Position numbers and translations under genes: made by a program
Source of the DNA: Phoronis australis
Taxonomy: Eukaryota > Animalia > Phoronida
Reading direction: 5' to 3'
Assembly: GCA_002633005.1 (NCBI GenBank)
Contig: NMRA01000046.1
Span: 618,801-682,800, forward strand
DNA: 64,000 nt
Notes under the pieces: model-generated
What the model was told of the DNA's origin: nothing
What the model saw: only the letters and a program-made list of their open reading frames with translations
Databases searched by the model: none
In this document: positions 49,001 to 62,043 of the stretch, one piece after another
Layout: the number at the start of each line of letters is the position of its first letter
How positions within the stretch are numbered: the first letter of the stretch is position 1

Positions 49001-50232
49001 ATAAATGTTTGATGGTGGGTAATTTTAGTAAATTTAATAAACAATCCGCACAGAATCAAAAACTGAAACAAAAATGCAACTTGCAAAAAGCTCCGACTTT
49101 TTCACTCCCTCCGATCTCCTCATCGGCATGCCCATAACACCATTTAACCACAGGTGCTCAAATTTCTCGATGGCTAATCATATATAAGAAACATATGTTT
49201 TCTTAGTAATGAATGACGTTAGTGGTGATGGAGGAACAGATAAACTCAAGCACCTGTGCAGTCAACGACAAGAACAAGAAAATTACAGGTGGTTGCATTT
49301 CAAACTTATAAAAAAACTATGGGTGGTAGGCTGAAGAAATAAATGAAAAATATGGGTGGTGGGTGCGAAAAAAAGGTGCCTTCCCCCCTTCCCATGCAGA
49401 TTTTACTGGAACAGCCCTTACACAAATTTATAAATACTCTTGAAGCATAAAAGTCAAACTTTTCTCACATGTTTTTTTTTTAACTTTCTCCTTGGTTTTA
49501 CTCTTGTGGCTGATACGGGATATTAATTCATCCTCCCATGTGCCTAAATACCCGCTTATACAGGCAGATTGAAAAGTGGGAAGAGTTTACCAAAAATAGC
49601 AACTTGCAAGTCAACAAAATTTTGTAAGCTTGTTTCTTCAGTTTGTCAGTTGTCATGAATTTAATTTTTCCCCTGTATGGGCTATATTCAATCAAATTCA
49701 TTTCCTTAGAAATCCTCATGTTAGATTCTTGAGTAAACCTCATTTGTTGAGACTTTCTTCTGATTTCCTTTGTGGTATCTTCTGCAGAGCCAGGTGTCAT
49801 CGCCAAGTCCAGTATTTTGTTGGATGTCAAACCTTGGGATGATGAAACGGACATGGAAGCACTGAAGAATTGTGTGACCAGTATTGAAATGGATGGATTA
49901 GTCTGGGGTGCTTGTAAGTGATTGTGTGTATTGATCTGGAAACTTCTTTTGGACAAAAGTTGAAAATATTGAGACTGTTAGGCTTTCAATAATGCGTTTG
50001 TCATTGTCAAGTAAAGTTTTTGATTTCTCATATATGAAAATTCACGTGTGTAAAATATGTCTATCAAATGCTGCAGACAATGGTGAGAAGTATATTGAAT
50101 GGTTATATGTTGACAGCTAAGTTAGTTCCTGTTGGATATGGCATCAAGAAACTGCAGATTGCATGCGTTGTCGAGGATGAAAAGGTGTCTACTGATGATT
50201 TGGAAGAGAAAATAACTGCGTTTGAGGACTAT
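46055..50232 (+). CDS. EEF1D: Eukaryotic translation elongation factor 1-delta (eEF1Bdelta); terminal exon not found
   Basis: Exons 46055-46168 ([29 protein letters not shown]), 46690-46761 ([17 protein letters not shown]), 47377-47562 (leucine zipper [28 protein letters not shown]), 47874-48015 (acidic, [18 protein letters not shown]), 49788-49913 ([20 protein letters not shown]...GLVWGA) and 50117-50232 ([24 protein letters not shown]...FEDY). The N-terminus and leucine zipper indicate delta rather than beta. Confidence 0.93.
46428..46638 (+). ncRNA. Candidate intronic box H/ACA snoRNA in eEF1D
   Basis: Hairpin with an internal pocket (GGTACGGG/TTTGTACC upper stem), H box AAACAA at 46503-46508, a second hairpin closed by AGCAGTTGG/TCAACTGCT, and ACA at 46633-46635. 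Confidence 0.4.
48849..49417. mobile_element. PIF/Harbinger-like MITE
   Basis: TTA|GGGCTGGTCCAGCAAAATCTG...CAGATTTTACTGGAACAGCCC|TTA; 3-bp TTA TSD and ~45-bp TIRs. Confidence 0.8.
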
Positions 50233-50732
50233 GTAAGTTGTGTTTGAGCCTTGATCTCATGCTTGCTAATATAGATTTTGTGTTTGATTGGTTTCTTTCA
50301 TTGCAATTCATAACATCATTCATCACGATTAGCTTTCAAAATATCGCATGTCTTAGTCAGGACCTGCTCTAAATAAACAGACTTAGCTAGGACAAATCTT
50401 AAACTTAGGTCAATTTTATGATAAAATTTAAGTTCGTCTCAAGTCTGTTCCAAGTGATCAGTTTGACTTGAGGTTTGGACTCAATTTTTGTTTAAAGTTT
50501 CAATGACTAACTTACCGTATGTGGAAGTATGGAGGTTGAGACCAATCTTAGGCTTGTAAAAAATAGACTTAAGTTAGTTTCAGAACGGCCCCCAGGACTT
50601 TGGGCTTCATCAGATAAATGTGGGTACATTAATACTATCATCCGGCTTCCACTGCTGTATTTCCAAAATCCCTCGATGGATGATCGTGAATTTACATTTT
50701 CCTATGGATGGGGGCAGCACACATGGTTTATG

Positions 50733-51235
50733 CAGGGCTTGGAATGACCCATGACAAAAAAGAGGAAATTTTTACGGCCCTAAACATGCGCGCACCCAGA
50801 CTTGAAAATGGGGAGCGGTTTCGAATTCTTGTTGATGTGGACCTTTCGTCGACAAAACATCAGGAGGACTAAAAAAGGTACCACCTCCAGAAGCATGCGT
50901 CTTTTTAGCTCGTCCGTCCACTCCCACCTCCACACATTTTTGGCTGCAGTCGTAGTATTTGTCACCGCAATTTACAATCTCACGAGACGCCATTGAAGAA
51001 AACCATGCTATCCCAGGTGCCCCGGCAATGATGACAATTTATGTTCCTCCGAAACATAAAGAGCAACTTCCGCTTTTCGAGGTGAAAGTCGTCGGCAACA
51101 CCGCGGTAAGAAATAAATTTGCCTCGGAAACTTTATATCAAATCTGATTTTTTTACGCGGAAATATAATAAAATACGCGGACAGAACATTTGAAAAAAGC
51201 GGAAATCCACGTTTCCGCAGAAATTCCAAGCCCTG
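50733..51235. mobile_element. Non-autonomous DNA transposon with 13-bp TIR and an apparent 6-bp TSD
   Basis: TTTATG|CAGGGCTTGGAAT...ATTCCAAGCCCTG|TTTATG. Confidence 0.75.
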
Positions 51236-51736
51236 TTTATGGGATCCGACTACCACTATGCCCCTACCCCCATTAGCTTTACAATATGGGATATCATTTG
51301 CTTTGAAAATCATGTCAAGCTGTTGAGAGCACTGACTTCAAGACCGAGAATCTAGGCACCTAAAACATTGGTCTGGATCAGGGATTGCCATGAGATATTA
51401 AGATTAATTCTGTCGTAGAGAAATCGGCCATTCTAACCAGCAAACGCAGTCAATATGTCGTCTTACTCAGTTTTCAAGGGCAGCTTTTAGTCGCACAGGA
51501 TTTGAAATTGAAACTTGTTTTTGGGCGTCTTGATTAAAATTTAAGTTTTCTGAAAATATAGATAATCGTACAAGTTATCACGGATAATTTGTGGATTTGT
51601 ACATTTGAAATGTGTTAATGATCCTGCCAATGACCCAAACTATAGAGACCAATACATGTGTAACAAATATTGATTCTTTGAAAATTTTGAACTAACTCAT
51701 GTTGGATTTGGACAAGATGAATTAAATCAAGTCTAA

Positions 51737-51926
51737 GGGCCCATTCCAAGAAACTGACTCAAGGTCATTTTTACTTCATAAGTCTGAGATTGTCTCAGTA
51801 TCCTAACTTTGAAACTCACATTTGGTAAGTTTGTTGAACTGAAGACAAAATGTAAGTTTTATCTTAAAATTGACTTAGATTTATAAGATTTGTCTTAACT
51901 AAGCCAGTGTTCTTGGAACAGGCCCC
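51737..51926. mobile_element. PIF/Harbinger-like MITE
   Basis: TAA|GGGCCCATTCCAAGAA...TTCTTGGAACAGGCCCC|TAA. Related decayed copies lie near 6975-7308 and 50360-50595. Confidence 0.6.
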
Positions 51927-52786
51927 TAAAGGACAACTAGTCAAAAAAGCTAATGTGGAGCTCTGACCTTAATGGCAATTTTTACTGTTTTCAAGTTCTT
52001 GGCGTCTATTTCAATATTGGCCAGACCATTCTAAGGGTCATTATGAAAATTGGCATGTGTTCCTTCAGGTAGTGCGAGCTCGAGTCCAACTGGTGCGACA
52101 CCTAGTTGCAATTTTTATGCGCCCACATATTTATATGTGGACGCATTATGCCGTCATCTCCGTCCGTCCGTCCGGGCGGCGTCCGTCCGGCGTCCGCTGC
52201 TCTATCTCCAAAACCCTTTGACATACGTTCATGANGACTGAACATGACCGCCGGACAATATGCGGTTTCAATCCCCGGCGGTCCTGTTTTCTGGTGGGGC
52301 GGTCATGTTTTTATGTGCGTCAGTCCCATTTTCTGGTGCGGCGGTCCGATTTAAGAGTACCGGCGGTCATGTTTCTCACCCGTGTTGAGATATAGTAAGG
52401 CGCATCTCTTCCTAGTAACATACTCGGCAGTTTTTGACCAAACTTTCAACAAATATCTGTGCTAGGTGACATAGTGCAGGTTACCAGCAATTTGCGATTC
52501 AACCCTGGTTTACTGTGTTCTTAATTTTTACACATTTGTGTATGGAAATGCTTTCGAGAGTGCAGACTGAACAAAGTATAACTTGGAATCACTCTCAGAA
52601 TGCCCTTCCATTCCTAGTTGTCACAAATGTCAAAATTACACCCGTTTTCACTTGGTTACATGTGTTCGTATACTTGGGAAAGAGCTCTTCAGTTGGGTAC
52701 GTTAACATATAATTAATAACATGTACATATACCTGTACCCATACACCAATATCTGGCAAACTGCCAGTGGACAGTCAAAACTTCAG

Positions 52787-55700
52787 CTAAGGCATTCTCA
52801 CTGTTGTCTCCTCACTTGTTTTCCCATCGCTGACACGGCCCACTCTGTCCTTCTTTGAATCATTTTTTGTTTTTACATACACTTTATGTCCAACACAATC
52901 CAACTTTTCCTGCCATACTTTAGCTTTACAACATGGTTTACACATTTCATGGTCACACTTCAACCCTCTTGGACTTTGACACTGTCTACAGGGGATAAAC
53001 TCTTTACCAGGTTTGTCAAAGTTTTTGTGAGGATATTTTTTCATGCGTTTCAACTTCTTCCTGGATATTGTTTTATTTTCACTGTCCTCAGACTCCCTTT
53101 TTCGGCTCTCAGTCATGCCCCTTTCCTGTTTCTTTTTTGCCTCTTCAGGACTGAAATAAAGAACAGCAGCAATTACTTGGGGTTGTAATTTTTATGCATC
53201 TCGATGGTTAATTATTGAATTTCATATTCATGATCGTATAACACTGATAACTGCGAATTTGTAGTGGTGCCATCATACACACTTAAGAGGAAAGTTTAAC
53301 ATTCTATACACTACATTCGTCACAAATGAATATAAATACATCTAAAGAATGCACCGGCAGAGGACAGCCAGAAACAACATTTGATTTCAAAAAGAAATAA
53401 GCATAATCATAACTTTCAAATTTGTCTTCTTGCCAACACAAAATTCTGGTTTCTAGAGTCACTATCACTCGACAAGAAATACAACATAAATGTTCAAAGC
53501 AACTGAATGTGACTTGTTCAGCAATGAGAACACACTATAAGAAGACTACATAGTCTACTTAGTCCTTGTGCAGCAACTACATAGCTTAAATAGTTCTATT
53601 CAAACAAGCTAGTAATGTATCTTTAAGTCGATAATCCACGAGCATTTAAGAAAAGTGAATTTTGAGGAATGGATTTATGAAATCTGGTTGCACAGTATAC
53701 AAGATGGTGAATCGTTGCACCATGGTTTAAACAGTGATGCAACATTGGGTTACTAAAACACTGGTAACTTCAACATTTTACCCACAGTCTCACAATGAGC
53801 AACAATGGGTTTAATACTAAAACACTGGTAACTTCAACATTTTACCCACAGTCTCACAATGACTATACCATAATAGCAAACGTTATGAAAACCTCTCCAC
53901 TAATAAATATGCAGAAACCACCAATGTTTTCACAATAAACTAGTATTGAGAAACCAGTTGAAACTGCTCAGTCATTACTGTACATAGCAGACAAGCAACT
54001 GGAACTAGGAACAAGTGCTGAATGATTAGCACAAGCAACATAACAAACAAAACCTACCTGGGCCGTACATATGGTTGGCATAACCAGTAGGGAAGCTTTT
54101 GATCAGTTAGAACATCCCCTGAGCTGTTACCACTTTCCATCTCTGGCTGCAGTCTTAATTTTAAGCCTTGTACCACCTCGGTGATAGCTTCAAGGGTTTT
54201 GGCAGTACTTAATTGGTCCCTGAAGAGCGGGTGGCGAAGAAACCTGAGAGTATGGCATACGGATTAAAATACAGCATGTGATTGGGTCTCCAGCAATTTT
54301 GTAGCCCAATGTTCTATGAACTTCATACGGAAGCAGTGGCATACCCCGATTATACGGCACCAACATGGGGAGGGCGACAACAACATGGGGAGGGCGACAA
54401 CAACATGGGGAGGGCGACAACAACATGGGGAGGGCGACAACAACAGGGGTGACAAAAAATTAGGTGAAAGAGGGTCAAACTAGTGAAAAGATGTCCAATT
54501 GTGTAGGGATGAAGTATCTCTACCTCAGCTGTATTTTCATTGACGAGTTTCAAACCAACATTCCACAACTAATGACAGATGTTACAGTGAAGAAAGAACT
54601 GAGATATGTTAAACGACAGGATGACATGCAACAAACCTGCTTAAGCTTTATACAAACACTGTACACACATCATTTTTTTCAGTCAATACCTCAGATACAC
54701 GTCATGCAAACAAAATCCATTGACAACAAAAATGAACATTAGATGGTGCTGAATATGCCAAACTCGTCAAAAACCTGAAAGGTGTAGTCTCCAAAGAGAA
54801 AACTGTATGCCGAATTTAATGAAAATCCACCAAGGAACTTTAAAGATACAGAGGCAATTGTGAAAAAAAGTATAATGCCATTAGGAGCTGTAGCTGGATT
54901 CATCCATCTGTTTGCAAATCAACAGAAATACACTTGGCAAATTTCCAGCAGATCTGGTAAGGGTTTGAGAAATACAGCCACAAAAGAAAAAAATGCCACT
55001 CGTTGGACCCATCTAAATCCACATCAGCTCTGCTCTTGTTAGTAGAACACATCTAGCAATTTCCATGATGATCCCCCAGAGCAGTTGGGCTGATATGGAG
55101 ACGGAAAATATGTGGTTCAGAATACGTTGAATCTGTCCCAAAATCGAACAGAAACTTGTTTACCCCATTTTCATAAAAACATGGAGGAATTATGAACATA
55201 CACAGGCAAATGTACAAGTAAAACTGTCATAACGGAACACAGCAGGAGTCAGTCATCCAAAAGTTGCGGCAGACGTTGGCACATTTATAGAGAAACAATT
55301 GAAAATTTTCATGAAGATCCTGCAAAGAATTAAGGAGGCACAGCTGTGAGTGCAAAATACAAAATTACTACTAAGGAGTGCCACAGTAGTCAGACCTACC
55401 TAAATACAAAATCACCACTAAGAAGTGCCACAGTAGTCAGACCTACTTAAATACAAAATCACCACTAAGGAGTGCCACAGTAGTCAGACCTACCTAAATA
55501 CAAAATCACCACTAAGAAGTGCCACAGTAGTCAGACCTACTTAAATACAAAATCACCACTAAGGAGTGCCACAGTAGTCAGACCTACCTAAATACAAAAT
55601 CACCACTAAGGAGTGCCACAGTAGTCAGACCTACCTAAATACAAAATCACCACTAAGGAGTGCCACAGTAGTCAGACCTACCTAAAAAGGAACAACATCA

Positions 55701-58700
55701 CCCATGGTCTTATCATCAGGAATACATACAAATGCTAAGTTTCATCGTGATCTTTTGAGCCGTATGGCAGAGAAAGAGGCAGACGCCAAAAACAGATTCA
55801 AAATAATAAAAATTCCACTAGGCTGTTCAGAATGTGCTGACTTTGTCAGAGAATGGAATGGCATTCTTTTTCTTTTCAATATAAGCCTATTTTTCACAAA
55901 AATCCATCAATGAACTCCAAAGATACAGCGGCAAATGTAAAAAACAAAATTACTACTAGGGAGCACAGCGGTCCTCAGATCAGTCTGAAATTTGTCATTA
56001 TCTGCTATCAGCTCCATGGCAACACATCAATCAAATTTGAAGAAGAAAGGAGATACATTTCCACATGCGAGAAAACAACAAAAGTGCAACTAGGGGCAGC
56101 CAGATTAGTCGAACCGTCCAAAAATCAGCAAATGCTGAGGTCTTTACATTAGGAAAAACCGGCCAATTTGTTAAATGATCCTTCACTTGGTTCGGTGGAT
56201 AGAGAAATAGATGTAAAAATGAACTTAAATAAAAAATGGTCGTTAGGAAGTACAACATGTGTTATATTCGTAAGAAAATAGGAAGGTATCATCTTTTTAA
56301 TAGAAATCCATTTGTTAACTTTCATGAAAATCCATTAAGAAGCTCCAAAGATACTGAGGCAAGCGCAAAAAAGTGAAATTGCCACTAGTGGGCAGAGCTG
56401 TAGTCGGATCAGTCTGAAACTTCCTATCGCCTGTCATCAGCCTCACAGGAACACATCTGCTAAATATCACTAAAATCCTGCAAGGGGTAGGAGATACAGC
56501 AGCGGGTGCCGGACACCCAGAAACAGATAATGACAATATGCACCCATATGTGCACTCATATATGTACCCATATGTGTACCCATATGTGCACCCATATGTG
56601 TACCCATATGTGCACCCATATGTGCACCCATATGAGCACCCATATGTGCACCCATATGTGTACCCATATGTGCACCCATATGTGCACCCATATGTGTGTA
56701 TATGGGCACATAAAAGTGCTTTTCCCTCCACTTACACATGATGGAACATTTTGAAGAGGTGCCCGCGCACGAAAGACATTGGACAAGGATACTGCTCCAC
56801 TATCTTGATATACTCCTCAGCCATCTCGCACACAGGAGGACACACACCCTCAAACAGAGCTGGGTTGCGCAGGTTACCCTCAGCTGTCATCACTCCATCA
56901 ACTCCAGTCTCTTCCATGCATCGATGAACATCCTCAAGGTATTGAATGTTACCATTGGCAAACACAGGAATCTTCACATTCTGTCTGAAACAATTGCAGG
57001 CAAAGTACTGGTCTACTTTTGAAGCCACAGCTATAGTGTCTACATGTATTCCCAAAAATGAATAGTGACACCAAGTGACAGCCAAAAAACAAGACTCTTT
57101 GAATGTGTTGCAGTCATTAGTAAACTTTGGTATGTCTCCTTCAAACACGTAATGTGAAAAATCTGACGAGCTTTGCACATGAACTCGAGTTTGTTGCAGT
57201 CAAAAAGACAAAATAATTCCAGCTGTAGACATAGACCACTAACAGTAAAATGCATAAAACCAGTCATAGACATAGACCACAGACAGTAAAATGCATGTTT
57301 GAGAGTAAATCTACACTTACTTTGAAGGCACCAGAAGGGTAAAATGTGAAATTTTCTAAGCACACGTCCAGTAACTCACTATCAAAAATTCTAGCAACTG
57401 TGTAGGATCACACAAAGACTTTGGACCAACTTGGAAAGTCATAAAAGAAATATGCAACTGAAAATGATAACACAAATTCAGAGCAGGTCACTGTTGGATT
57501 CACTGGAGTCTTTAAGTGCCAATAAACGATGTTCTCACATCAAAAACGTCTTTCCAGACATATCAGCTTTTCCAAAGCAATGTCATTGTGTTTTCATTGC
57601 TTGCTTTAAATGAAATGGCCATACTACTTCTGCAGCTGAAAATAACCGCCAAGACAAGCAATCGTCAAAGGCCTGGTTTAAAGTTATAACAAAGTGTCTT
57701 TTCTTCGCAAGCCTTGGTATTCATATTCTCAACAAAAGTAACTTCTGAACGCCTGTCTGCAGTACAGAAAGCAATTTGTCTGCAATGAGATTGTCAAACA
57801 ATGGTAAAGCATCAGCCTATCGCACAGTGCAGACACCCCATAGCAGTTGCAGCGACATCACATAATCATAGAGCAAGACAACTTACAGCAACATGATTCC
57901 CAGTTGCAGCAACTAGCAATAGTGAGGACACCCCTGGGATGAGAATTTGGTTAATGTAATGAATTAGGCATTTGTATTCATAACTCAGCAGCACAAAAGC
58001 AGTGTGTATTATGCCGATAAATCTTCATAAACTTTCGACGAGTCCTGCTAGCAAATTCAAATCACCTAATGAGAACAGTATCATTGCATCAACTGGTTGT
58101 CACTGTGACAAGCCATTGCAGACAGTTGCTGGCATGTTGCAGAGTCTTTCCTTCATCGTAAGTATGGCTTATATAGCCCACCTGTTACTCTAAATACTAT
58201 TTGATAACATTTGGAGAATTTGCAGGCTCAATGAAGCTTTTTAAAAATTAGGAAATTGCCAATTTTGGCAACTAGTGTTTGTCCTTATCACCTTAAATAG
58301 TACCCTTACTTGACTGCCTTAATGTGCTCCCAGCTGGCAATGCCTGTGAATGGTCCCTTCTGGTCCCTGGTCCGCCCATGCACCGTGATCAACTGACATC
58401 CAGCATCCTCCAACATCCGTGCATACTCCACAGTTTTACTAATACTTTCAAACACCCGCACTTTACATGTGATAGGTACTTTCAGCTTCTTGTGACATGC
58501 AGACACTGTAAATCACAACACTCATTTCATGAAGTAACCGTGCTAACAAAGAAGTGTTACACAGTATGTGTTGATATCATTCTCATCCTTGTCAAATTAC
58601 TTTAAAAAATCAGACTAATATCTACAGTTGAATAACATTACGGTAAGTATAGAATTATTTATTCTATTTACACTACCTGATTCACAAAATCATATTAGTT

Positions 58701-59591
58701 TAGCATCATTGTAACTAATTGAATGACATACGAATTTCATGCCTCTCATTGTAGATCTCAAATCAGTATAAAACAGTACTGGTATTCTTTATTTGAATTC
58801 CATTCATTACCTTAGGCTTCTCCTTCAAAAGTTAATACAACCACACACCAATTACTGGGTCAAGTTAAAGTCATCAAGTTCAAAACATAAAGAACTTCAT
58901 TTGATATATCATAATGATGTAAGACAATGATTGTTAATTCAATTGTTAAAGATGGTCTTGTTTTAATGCATTACCCATTTCCTTAAGAAGTTTCCACTCA
59001 TCTTGCAGAAAGGCTCCATAGTGTCCTCTTTTGGCAATTGCTTGAGGACACCCCAAGTTCAGGTCCACAGCATCACAGTGATCTTGGGCAATTAACGCAG
59101 CTTGCACAAATGTGTCAACTTTGTTGGCACAAAACTAGAGCAAAGAAAATAACACATCAAGTTCAATGCACAAGGGTTGAACCAGGTGATTCTAAAATGC
59201 ACCATTTCACAAAGAATTAATATGAATTTCAAATTTCTTTCTGATAACCCTTGTCTTTTGACTACTCTAAATATTTAAGAAAAAGTATTTATGATCTGTA
59301 CTTCCATCTTTTTTCTACAGAAATATAGTTTCTACTCAGTATAACAGCATAACCTACTTGAATAATAAATGGTCTATCCTCATCACAGGTTTGAAGAGCC
59401 TCATTTCTGTAGTGCCCCTCTCGTACGAATGATGCAGCATGATACATTGGGGAGTAGCAGAGATGGGCACCATGACGACGACTTAGTAACCTCCAGGCTA
59501 ACTCACTCTGATCGACCATAGGAGCCACAACATAAGAGGCTTTTTTCAGGGTATTGGTCCAAAAATCAAAGCCTTCACGCTTGGATGACAT
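52787..59591 (-). CDS. DUS1L: tRNA-dihydrouridine(16/17) synthase [NAD(P)+]-like
   Basis: Exons 59591-59358 ([27 protein letters not shown]), 59134-58975 ([23 protein letters not shown]), 58505-58310 (VTCKVR-type motif, TVHGRT), 56984-56736 ([10 protein letters not shown]...GVMTAEGNL), 54243-54058 ([10 protein letters not shown]) and 53150-52787 (Cys-rich tail, stop). Phases are consistent. A non-coding first exon probably ends at 60666. Confidence 0.95.
54360..54450. repeat. 20-bp tandem repeat, ~4.5 copies
   Basis: Unit CAACATGGGGAGGGCGACAA. Confidence 0.9.
55355..55684. repeat. 47-bp tandem repeat, 7 copies, inside a Helentron-like element
   Basis: Unit AAATACAAAATCACCACTAAGGAGTGCCACAGTAGTCAGACCTACCT. 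Confidence 0.95.
56536..56697. repeat. 12-bp tandem repeat, ~13 copies
   Basis: Unit ATATGTGCACCC. It explains the HMCT/YGCT/HIWV ORFs. Confidence 0.95.
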
Positions 59592-60339
59592 CTTAAATTC
59601 CTGAAATTTTCAACAGTTTATACTCAAAAATACATTCATGGCACACTATGACATGATAGAGATCTATGGTGATCATGGCGTACAGGCTGGCATTAAGGTT
59701 AGATGTTGCAGAAAAAAGTTACTCATCAGCATACAGCATACTTCAAGAGAATGTCAATTTTGCCACATTGTCCAGCAATGGAGTACAGTTATTGGATTGC
59801 TGTTGCGGTAGTGTTGGTAGTTTGTCTTAATTTCCAGATATACCCCTCAGCCTTGGTAGACTACTCATCATGTGGAAAAAAGGCTTAGACCAAAGGCATT
59901 GCAAAGTCAAACATGCCACTTCTGTGACCAAAAAGGTTTTGTATACTAGATATGACAACGTAACTAGTTAATAATGTCAATTCAAAGACTTGAAGTTAGA
60001 GATGGTTTAGCCAATGGGAAGCATGTATAATTGATAATTTGCTAAAAACCCTCCACCACATGGTGGCTCTATGGGAATGCTACTGCCTGAGCCAGCTTGG
60101 CTTCCCTACGACAAAGGCCCCACAGGCACCTTTAATTAGATGCTCGTAATGACTCTGTAACATTAAAAAAAATAATTGCAGGCGGTCTGACACACGTTGT
60201 ACCAGACGTGCGCAGGCCTCGCATCTGGTTCGGGCCAACAGAGGCGATGGTCATTGCCTAGTGGGCCCATTGCTTACACTGATCACCTGGAAATATTTTT
60301 ATGCTTTATTATACTAATAAAACCGAGCTGAGGAGCTAG

Positions 60340-60440
60340 AAACCTGGCTCAAGGGTTTAGCAGTGTGACCTGGTGAGACTTGAACCCACGACCTCGAGTA
60401 AAGAAAGCGGGCACTTATCAACCAGGCCACACTGCCTCCT
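60340..60440 (-). mobile_element. tRNA-derived SINE fragment
   Basis: Minus strand reads GGAGGCAGTGTGGCCTGGTTGA...GTGGGTTCAAGTCTCACC (A/B-box-like), followed by ...CCCTTGAGCCAGG. Confidence 0.5.
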
Positions 60441-61954
60441 CAGACTCTGTAACAAATGGCAGGTAGGAATATTCAAGAGATATTCAATATGGCCGACGAG
60501 CAGGCGAGTTCTTGTCGATTAAAAGTTAGCTTAGATACACTTCAAATCGGTAACTAAATGTATCGATGCTTAACGTGATATTCGTTTAGTGAAGACACAA
60601 CCATTGAAGGCGAATGGAACCATCTGAACTGATATAGGCGATATGCCTCAAATTCCACAGCTCACCGATTCACGCTCGTCACCACAGATTTTGCTTGTTC
60701 GAGACACAGGCGCTTGTGGTTCGAGAGAATCAAACGAAAATAACAACATAGGTAGCGCTGCTGTGCTTGAAATTGGAACTCGCTGGTTTCCTGCGTGTCG
60801 CTAGTCGGTAGAACACGCAAGGAACCAGCGAAGAAATTGGAATCCTGCAAGATCGCGTAATATATTGATACACTTGGAATTAAATGTTCATTACAGTAAT
60901 CAGGGTAAATTTTTTGTTCATAGTAAAACAAACTTCTAATGGCTGTCTCCACAATCACACATTTTCTTTTTTACCAGAACTTACGTCACAGTAACTATCA
61001 GAGAAATATGGTGTAATTGGAAAAAACAATCATGAGTTATAAAGGTAAGTAAGTGAAATTTTTATTTTACATCGGTAAAGAATAGGTTAACAGAAAAACA
61101 GTAGCACAAGTGCTAGTGACCGATACAAAATGAGAAATTAATATGTAGGCCTACAAAAGAGGCAGAAGGGCGCGTACAGAAGTATAGTTGTTACAGTCAA
61201 AAGTTTCACTGAGTTTGATATTGCACAGGGGCGAATCCAGGATTTTGAGTTGGGGTGCAGGGCAGAAAATTACCCAGGATTTTTCACGTCAGCCAAATGG
61301 AATCTGGGAGAATTTTAGGGGGGCATAGCCCATTGCAGCCCTCCCCCCCCCACNCCCCCCCCCCCCCAAATTCGCCACTCACGGTTCCAAGGTCACGCAT
61401 ACGCGATCTTGCCCGCAGTCGTGATTAAGCATTTCAAGTTCAGAGCACATTACCAGGACACGTTCGGACGAAGCTGACAAGACAAAACCTACAGACAGTA
61501 CAACATGACTAACTAGAGCAGGTGGCCACCCCGTAGCCTTCAATATACTATCACCTGGTGCAAGCGACGTGAAAATGGCCATATTAATAAATACATAAAA
61601 TAGATGCTAAAATGCCGTGCAGTTACTGTCGTTTCGTTTCTATTTTTACTATTGAAAGTGGCCAGTTGCCGATGGGAAGAGTTTAAGATAAGGTTCTAGT
61701 AGCAACGGATTAGTGTGAGCAATGGCGGACTCTATTCATTACAGTTTTACTAAGCTACAACTTAGGGTCCCCGTGCAAAACAGTGGCTCCACCTTGCAGA
61801 AACGGGGCCCCAAAACAAATGGAGAGAGCAATCGAGAACAAAACTGATGCTGCGCAATGCAATTAGTGAACGACATGATTTTCTATGTTGTTAATTCATT
61901 TTTGTTTTTGCGGGAGCTTTGTACTGTTGTAAATTGTCAATATAGGCAACGGTG

Positions 61955-61955
<1 letters not shown>

Positions 61956-61998
<43 letters not shown>

Positions 61999-62043
61999 GC
62001 GCGCGCTCTTGCGTGTACGTGCGTGTGTTCGTGCGTGCGTGTG
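61956..62043. repeat. (GT)n / (GC)n microsatellite
   Basis: GTGTGT run followed by GCGCGC/GTGC. Confidence 0.95.

Noticed and set aside
52787-53000. Cys-rich C-terminal domain on DUS1L as a novelty
   Set aside because: A Cys-rich tail is a normal feature of metazoan DUS1L.
55355-55684. 47-bp array as CRISPR or a coding repeat
   Set aside because: Head-to-tail units without spacers, derived from the surrounding Helentron-like module.
56315-56786. His/Cys/Met-rich ORFs suggesting a metal-binding peptide
   Set aside because: These are frames of a 12-bp tandem repeat in a DUS1L intron.
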